The translations under genes were made by a program, and so were the position numbers. Shown one piece after another: positions 58,078 to 64,000 of a stretch of 64,000 nt of DNA. Source of the stretch: an uncultured Bacteroidota bacterium (lineage in GTDB: Bacteria; Bacteroidota; Bacteroidia; JABEUT01). Location: assembly GCA_903916255.1 (NCBI GenBank), contig CAIWVW010000004.1, forward strand, positions 3,895 to 67,894, given 5' to 3'. Positions within the stretch are counted from its first letter, which is position 1. Every line of letters starts with the position of its first letter. The notes below the pieces were generated by a model, which did no database searches, was not told the origin of the DNA, and worked only from the letters and a program-made list of their open reading frames with translations.

Positions 58078-60000
58078 TTGAATCTGTTGAAAAAAGTCCC
58101 CCTCATAGTATTCATTCTTGCTTCTACATTCTACAGCAGCTATTCACAGGACCGCCAGATTATCGATTCTCTTCAAAATGAGCTAAAACAATATGATGCT
58201 GCAAAAAAAGAGTTGGGTAAAAATGGCTTTACCTTAAGTGACAGCAGCAGGGCAGACATACTGTATGGCATTGCTTTCCATTACTTGAGAAACCCCGGCG
58301 ACACCGGAATTTATTATGCCCAGCAAACGTTAGACTTGTCGGAACAAATTGGCTATAAAAAAGGGATTGGGAATGCCTATAATGCACTTGGCCTTATTTA
58401 TATGGGGATGCAAAATTATCCGACTGCATTTAACTATTATAATAAATCACTGGAAATAAGAGCAGCCATAGGAGATAAAAAGGGCATTGCGGGAACCTAT
58501 AATAATTTAGGGCTTTTTTATGGGAAGCAAGGTGATTTTGAAGAAGAAATAAAATATCACCGCAAGTCATTAGAGGTGAAAGAAAAAATCGGTGACAGGG
58601 AAGGCATGGCTGCATCGTATGGGAAAATTGGACATGCCTATAATGCATTGGGCAAATTTCCTGAAGCCATAAGTAATTACCTTCAAGCTTTAAAAATCGA
58701 TGAAGAAGACAGTGATAAAATTCAGACCGGCGGGTCTTTTGGCGACATAGCAGATATTTATTCTAATGAAAGCAATTATAACGAGGCTTTAAAAAACTAT
58801 CTGAAAGAGTATGCTATTGCAAGCAAATTCCCAAATTCATATACGCTGGCCTGTGCCGATGTGGGCATGGGGCGCATTTATTATAAACTGGGCAACGATA
58901 CGGGGGCCATAAAATACTTCCAGTCTTCATTGGTAATTAATGAAAAACTTGGCAATAAACCAACCATGGGAGATACATATGGCTATTTAGGATGGGTTTA
59001 TCTGGCCATGGGTAATTATTCGATGGCCTTAAGTTCAGCCGACTCTTCACTAAAAGAGCTCGGAAGTATCGGCTCGGAAATTGGGGTGGCGAAAATAACT
59101 ATTGAAATTGGTTCCATTTATGAAAAGCAAGGCAAGCTAAAAGACGCATTGGATGCAGTTACAAAAGGGCTTTTGTTGGCAAAAGAGGTAAAAGCCAGGG
59201 TGCTTATGAAGGAGGCATATAGCCGCCTTGCAGATATTAATGCCGGACTGCATGATTATAAGTCAGCATATGAAGCTGATGAAGAATATAAAACGAATCT
59301 CGACAGTATAAGCAGCAATGAAAGTGTACAGAAAATAGCAACGCTTCAAATGAATTATGAGTTTACAAAAAAGGAAGACTCCATAAGGGTAGAACACGAA
59401 AAGGAGAATATTATTAAAACGGCGGAAATCAAAAGGAAAAATATCATTACCGGTAGTGCTGTTGTAATTTCATTGCTTGCCCTTATTTTAGCATTCGTGC
59501 TGATAAACAGGCAGCAATTAAAACGTAAAAAAGATAAAATCATTTTTGAAAAGGAAAAACAGCAGATAGAAAGCGAATTGGCAAATGCTAAAACAATACT
59601 GGACGAGTATATACAGAATATGGAAGAGAAGAATAAGTTATTGGAAGAGTTCAAAATGGATTTGGAGGGATTTAAAAGTTTGTATGATAAAGAGCGGATA
59701 GAAAAACTCGATTATTTAAATAAGGCAACCATACTTACCGACGAGGATTGGAATAAATTCAAACAACTTTTTGAACAAGTACATAAAGGCTTTTTAAAAC
59801 GCTTGAAAGAAAAACTGCCTGATTTAACCCAAGCTGAAACACGGTTGATTTGTTTAACCAAACTCGATATTGGCACAAAACAGATGGCCGGAATTCTGGG
59901 TGTCTCTGGCGATACGATAAAAGTATCACGTCACCGTTTGCGGAAAAAGCTTAGTTTGTCGGAAGAAGATACGTTGGAAAATATTGCAATTTCTATTTGA
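58078..60000 (+). CDS. Transmembrane TPR sensor with C-terminal LuxR-type HTH (one-component regulator)
   Basis: Signal/TM, many TPRs (GNAYNALGLIY, AGTYNNLGLFY), TM helix, DWNKFKQLFEQVH, LTQAETRLICL...MAGILGVSGDTIKVSRHRLRKKL. Confidence 0.9.
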   Translation: MNLLKKVPLIVFILASTFYSSYSQDRQIIDSLQNELKQYDAAKKELGKNGFTLSDSSRADILYGIAFHYLRNPGDTGIYYAQQTLDLSEQIGYKKGIGNAYNALGLIYMGMQNYPTAFNYYNKSLEIRAAIGDKKGIAGTYNNLGLFYGKQGDFEEEIKYHRKSLEVKEKIGDREGMAASYGKIGHAYNALGKFPEAISNYLQALKIDEEDSDKIQTGGSFGDIADIYSNESNYNEALKNYLKEYAIASKFPNSYTLACADVGMGRIYYKLGNDTGAIKYFQSSLVINEKLGNKPTMGDTYGYLGWVYLAMGNYSMALSSADSSLKELGSIGSEIGVAKITIEIGSIYEKQGKLKDALDAVTKGLLLAKEVKARVLMKEAYSRLADINAGLHDYKSAYEADEEYKTNLDSISSNESVQKIATLQMNYEFTKKEDSIRVEHEKENIIKTAEIKRKNIITGSAVVISLLALILAFVLINRQQLKRKKDKIIFEKEKQQIESELANAKTILDEYIQNMEEKNKLLEEFKMDLEGFKSLYDKERIEKLDYLNKATILTDEDWNKFKQLFEQVHKGFLKRLKEKLPDLTQAETRLICLTKLDIGTKQMAGILGVSGDTIKVSRHRLRKKLSLSEEDTLENIAISI

Positions 60001-60019
60001 TTGCCAGTTATATAAAAAC

Positions 60020-60077
60020 TGTACCCCTCTTGTACCCTTAGCATATTAGGTTATCGCCTGTAACGTAAATATTTTTG
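60020..60077 (+). promoter_or_regulatory. TGTACCC direct repeats plus -7 box for the ompA/fibre genes
   Basis: TGTACCC at 60020-60026 and 60031-60037 (11-bp period); TATTTTTG at 60070-60077. Confidence 0.6.
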
Positions 60078-60113
60078 GAGGAATACTAATTGCCCCTCCA
60101 AAAAATATTCGCT

Positions 60114-61370
60114 ATGATTAAAAAAATAGCACTTTTAGTTTGCCTGGAATTTTTATACGCCTATGGGAATGCCCAGTTGAATTTGCTTGGCGCCGCGCAA
60201 AGCGGCGCCACTAATGCTGCAAATGGCGATGCCAATCATGCCGGAAGCAGCGCCGTAAATAACACCGTAAGTGGTATTTTCGGCTCGAAGAAAAAGGCAA
60301 AAAAAGATACAGCTAAAGCCAATAGCCAGTCCTCAAATTCCGTTGCTACTTCTGCTTCTTCCGGTTCAGGTTCAGCCACAAATGCAACAGGAACAACAAC
60401 ACCAGGGAGTGATTATAAGGCATATGCCAACTATGATTTTGTACCGGGCGACACAGTAATTTTTTCTGATGATTTTGCCGATGACCAGGATGGGGAATAT
60501 CCTGCCCGCTGGAACCTGAATGCTGGCCAGGGGATTTTAAATAAAGTGGGTGCAGATGAAGGTTTTTGTATTACAGAAAGTAGCGTCCTCTCCCCTGGCT
60601 ACTCTTCCCCCCGGATGAAAACCAAATCATACCTGACAAGCGGGTTTACGGTTGAATTTAATTATTATCCGAATACTTCCGAAGCAATCAGGACAAAGTT
60701 TTTGTTGCCCAATGGCAATGTTGCAGGCAGTATTTTATTCGATAATGATGGAAGTGTAGACAGCAGGGATTTTCCGGGCCCATATAAAGCTGATTTTCCG
60801 GGAGACGCAAAAGGGTTTAAAAACAAATGGCACCATTGTGCGCTAATCGTAAAAAACGGTACAGTAAAATGCTATGTTGACCAGTACCGTGTGTTGGTAA
60901 TTCCTAATATTGATTTTGCACCGTCCTCTGTTCAGTTTGGAGGCTATGGGCCAAACGATAACCCCGTTATATTTAATAATGTTCGGATTGCTTCAGGTGG
61001 CAGCATGAATTCGGTTGGGAAGAAATTCACCGATGCGAAGATAGTTACCCACGGCATTAATTTCGATATAGATAAAGCCACCATCCAGGCACAAAGCATG
61101 GGTACGCTTAACATGATTGTGAAGGTGATGCAGAATAATCCCGATTTGAAATTTGAAGTGGATGGGCATACCGACAACAGTGGAAATGCGCAGCACAATA
61201 TGGAACTGTCTCAACAGCGGGCTGACGCCGTAAAAAAGCAATTGGTAAGCATGGGTATTGATGCATCACGCTTAACAACAAAAGGATTTGGCGCCACGAA
61301 ACCTATAAGCGGTAATGACACTCCGGATGGTAAATCCAACAATAGAAGGGTGGAATTTGTGCGCTTGTAA
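60114..61370 (+). CDS. OmpA-C domain protein with S/T/A-rich linker and beta-sandwich middle domain
   Basis: Signal peptide, YDFVPG, GINFDIDKA, GHTD, NMELSQQRA, NRRVEF; start ATG 60114. Confidence 0.9.
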   Translation: MIKKIALLVCLEFLYAYGNAQLNLLGAAQSGATNAANGDANHAGSSAVNNTVSGIFGSKKKAKKDTAKANSQSSNSVATSASSGSGSATNATGTTTPGSDYKAYANYDFVPGDTVIFSDDFADDQDGEYPARWNLNAGQGILNKVGADEGFCITESSVLSPGYSSPRMKTKSYLTSGFTVEFNYYPNTSEAIRTKFLLPNGNVAGSILFDNDGSVDSRDFPGPYKADFPGDAKGFKNKWHHCALIVKNGTVKCYVDQYRVLVIPNIDFAPSSVQFGGYGPNDNPVIFNNVRIASGGSMNSVGKKFTDAKIVTHGINFDIDKATIQAQSMGTLNMIVKVMQNNPDLKFEVDGHTDNSGNAQHNMELSQQRADAVKKQLVSMGIDASRLTTKGFGATKPISGNDTPDGKSNNRRVEFVRL

Positions 61371-61421
61371 TTTGTATTAAAATAATAGGAATAGTAAAAG
61401 ACATACTAAATAAAATAAACC

Positions 61422-63380
61422 ATGAAAAAATTGATTATCCTTTCCATTGCCTTGGTTAGTACAACAACAATATTACATGCACAGGTTGCTATCAACAACA
61501 GTGCCGCAAACCCCGATGCTTCCGCAATACTTGATTTAAACACGGGGAACGGCGGAGTTAACAAAGGTTTTTTACCTCCGCAGGTCGCACTTACCAGCGT
61601 AACAGTTGCCGCACCGGTAACAAGCCCTGCTACAGGTCTTATTGTGTATAGTTCCACAGCCCCAACCGGAGGAAACGGTAAAGGATATTACTATTGGAAC
61701 GGTGCATCATGGCTTAGTTTAGGCGGGGCAACTACTCTTGCTAATCTTACACAAGGAACAGGCATAACTGCATTTTCATATAATGGTTCATCCGCTGTTA
61801 CGGTTGGGATTGCCAATACGGGGGTAACAGCAAACGCATATGGAAACGCAAGCAACTATCCTACATTTACAGTAAATGCACAGGGGCAGTTAACGGCAGC
61901 AGGCACACAGGCATTGCCCACTTCTCTTCCACCAAACGGAACAGCAGGGGGCAACCTTAGCGGCACGTATCCTAATCCTACTGTTTCAAAAATAAACGGA
62001 GCATCTGTTCCGGCAGCTGGTACACTTACAACAGGTAATGTACTGCAAGTTAATGGGGTAAGTTCCACTACATACGGCCCTGTAAACATTGCCGGAGGTG
62101 CAAATTATATCACAGGTAACTTACCTGTTTCAAACCTTGATAATGGCACAAACGCAAACTCCACCACCTTTTGGAGAGGCGATGGCACTTGGGCTTCCCC
62201 CGCCGGAGGCTCTATCAGCGGTTCGGGCACTACGAATTATTTGGCCCGCTGGACACCCAACAGCACCACACTTGCAACAAGTGTAGTACAAGACGATGGT
62301 ACAGAAGCTGGCATTGGAACTGCACCGCAAAGTGGTTATATGCTTTCTGTAAACTCAAATTCCGGAACGGCTATTCAAGGGGTTACTAGTACAGGCACGG
62401 CGGGATATTTTACAGCAGGAGGTGTTCAGGCTACCTTGGCATCTGTTGGTTCAGGCGATGGAATTGATGCAATTGGAGCTAATTTTGGCGGTACATTTCA
62501 GAGTTCCGGTGGAAGTTACTATGGCTATATTGGTGATGCTGTTGAGGGTGCAGGGGCGCATTTTCAGGACGTCACCGGGAATTATGCTTATCTGGCTTAT
62601 GGCTCGTATGGCACAGGAATAACCGCTTATGGACTTAATTATGGCGGGGAGCTTTCGGACAAGAGCGGGGATTATGGATATCTGGCAGATAATGCAGACC
62701 ATTATGGCATCAATGCCTATGGAAGTACATCAGGAGGCTATTTCTCCGATGGGTATGACAATGCAACGCTTGCGAATTATGGTGGCATAGGAGTAGCGGG
62801 TACCGGCAGTAACTTTGGTGGCACATTTCAGGACAATAATGGAGATTATGGAAGCATCGGCGATGGAACCGAATCTTCAGGAGGTACATTTGGCAATGGT
62901 TTGGGCACATACATGTTTGTATGCCAGGGTGGTTCCGGATATATTACCAATGGTTCCAAATCCACGGAAGTGAAGGATAAAAATAATAACGAACGCTTAT
63001 TATTTTGTAATGAATCTCCGGAAGTAATGTTTGAAGATTACGGCGAAGGGCAATTGGTAAATGGCAAAGCGCATATTACACTCGATTCGCTTTTTGCCAT
63101 GAATGTTGCCATCAGTGAAAAGCATCCACTGCGGGTTTATATAGAATTGCTGGGGGATTGCAATGGCACATACGTTACCAACCGCAGTGCAAGCGGTTTT
63201 GATGTGAATGAATTGAATCATGGCACATCTAACACAGCTTTCCAGTGGCACATTATTTGCAACCGCGCCAATGAAACCGGAACAGACAGGGACTATGCAG
63301 AAAAGCGCTTCCCAATTGGCCCCGGTGCGCCAAAAAAGCCTGTTGCTAAAGTTCAGCCAAAAGTTTTTAATAAAAATTAA
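61422..63380 (+). CDS. Secreted phage-tail-fibre-like repeat protein
   Basis: Sec signal; AQVAIN..PDASAILDL..KGFLPP..GYYYWNG domain; AGGNLSGTYPNP and GTTNYLARW fibre-type motifs; ~30-aa GGxF repeats; C-terminal GSKS..ESPEVMFEDYGEGQLVNG domain. Confidence 0.7.
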   Translation: MKKLIILSIALVSTTTILHAQVAINNSAANPDASAILDLNTGNGGVNKGFLPPQVALTSVTVAAPVTSPATGLIVYSSTAPTGGNGKGYYYWNGASWLSLGGATTLANLTQGTGITAFSYNGSSAVTVGIANTGVTANAYGNASNYPTFTVNAQGQLTAAGTQALPTSLPPNGTAGGNLSGTYPNPTVSKINGASVPAAGTLTTGNVLQVNGVSSTTYGPVNIAGGANYITGNLPVSNLDNGTNANSTTFWRGDGTWASPAGGSISGSGTTNYLARWTPNSTTLATSVVQDDGTEAGIGTAPQSGYMLSVNSNSGTAIQGVTSTGTAGYFTAGGVQATLASVGSGDGIDAIGANFGGTFQSSGGSYYGYIGDAVEGAGAHFQDVTGNYAYLAYGSYGTGITAYGLNYGGELSDKSGDYGYLADNADHYGINAYGSTSGGYFSDGYDNATLANYGGIGVAGTGSNFGGTFQDNNGDYGSIGDGTESSGGTFGNGLGTYMFVCQGGSGYITNGSKSTEVKDKNNNERLLFCNESPEVMFEDYGEGQLVNGKAHITLDSLFAMNVAISEKHPLRVYIELLGDCNGTYVTNRSASGFDVNELNHGTSNTAFQWHIICNRANETGTDRDYAEKRFPIGPGAPKKPVAKVQPKVFNKN

Positions 63381-63403
63381 TAGATACCTTAAAATTCAAC
63401 ACT

Positions 63404-64000
63404 ATGAAAAAACGAATTGCTATATTGCTTATCACTTTCCCCTTAGCCCTTATCCCTGTTCTTAGCCAAGCACAGATAGGCATCAACAACAGTGCGGCAA
63501 ACCCCGACGCTTCTGCCATCCTTGATTTAAATACAGGTAACAGCGGGGTTAACAAAGGGTTTTTACCTCCTCAAGTAGCACTTACCAATGTTGCGGTTGC
63601 AGCACCTGTAACAAGTCCTGCAACGGGGCTTATTGTTTATAGTTCCACAGCCCCAACCGGAGGCAGCGGGTTAGGGTATTACTACTGGAACGGTTCATCA
63701 TGGCTTAGTTTAGGCGGTTCACCTGTCGTTGCTAATCTTACGCAAGGTACAGGCGTAACTGCATTTTCGTATAACGGTTCATCAGCAGCTACAGTTGGTA
63801 TAGCCAATACAGGTGTAACAGCAAACTCGTATGGAAACGCAAGCAACTATCCTACATTTACAGTGAACGCACAAGGCCAACTAACGGCAGCAGGCACACA
63901 AGCTTTACCTACTTCCTTACCACCAAACGGAACAGCAGGGGGTAACCTTAGTGGTACCTATCCTAATCCTACTGTTTCAAAAATAAACGGAGCATCTGTT
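63404..64000 (+). CDS. Tandem paralog of the 61422 protein (partial, runs off the window)
   Basis: ATG 63404, MKKRIAILLITFPLALIPVLSQAQIGINNSAANPDASAILDLNTG...GGNLSGTYPNPTVSKINGASV; open to the end of the window. Confidence 0.9.
   Translation, partial: MKKRIAILLITFPLALIPVLSQAQIGINNSAANPDASAILDLNTGNSGVNKGFLPPQVALTNVAVAAPVTSPATGLIVYSSTAPTGGSGLGYYYWNGSSWLSLGGSPVVANLTQGTGVTAFSYNGSSAATVGIANTGVTANSYGNASNYPTFTVNAQGQLTAAGTQALPTSLPPNGTAGGNLSGTYPNPTVSKINGASV

Noticed and set aside
62450-62930. Repeats in the fibre gene as a CRISPR array or DGR target
   Set aside because: The repeats are degenerate at the protein level; there are no constant DNA repeats with spacers, no cas or reverse transcriptase gene, and no adenine-specific TR/VR pair.

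Overview
A 64 kb chromosomal segment of a Bacteroidota genome. Evidence for the phylum: many TAnnTTTG -7 promoter boxes just upstream of genes, no Shine-Dalgarno sites, DUF1573 genes and a TPR-LuxR regulator. From left to right: groES-groEL with a sigma54-type promoter; fahA; a partial surface-polysaccharide locus (asnB, GT4, wza, wzc, rmlC, wecA-like) followed by an SLT/LysM transglycosylase and a DUF6044-like membrane protein; uvrA, LOG, ftsB, pgk; three tandem DUF1573 genes; a GT-C-like protein, an OM beta-barrel and an MBL hydrolase; a WD40/Omp85 protein; an orphan terminase-small-subunit-like HTH gene; a large membrane-anchored protein with a c-type heme domain; a plcP-like/glycosyltransferase/GH1 operon. 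Next is a ~22 kb island of two convergent operons (tal-pgi, HAD, gnd, zwf, pgl versus tkt, rpiB, pgm, cyclic beta-1,2-glucan synthase). Both operons share a 21-bp-period tandem operator, and an AT-rich ApeA-like HEPN gene sits where they meet. Four island enzymes carry small in-frame REP-like or heptamer-repeat insertions (five in total). The window ends with a response-regulator pseudogene, a TPR-LuxR regulator, an OmpA-domain protein and tandem signal-peptide-bearing paralogs resembling phage tail fibres (the second is truncated by the window end). No rRNA, tRNA, CRISPR array or transposase was seen. All family calls come from motif recognition by eye, not database searches.
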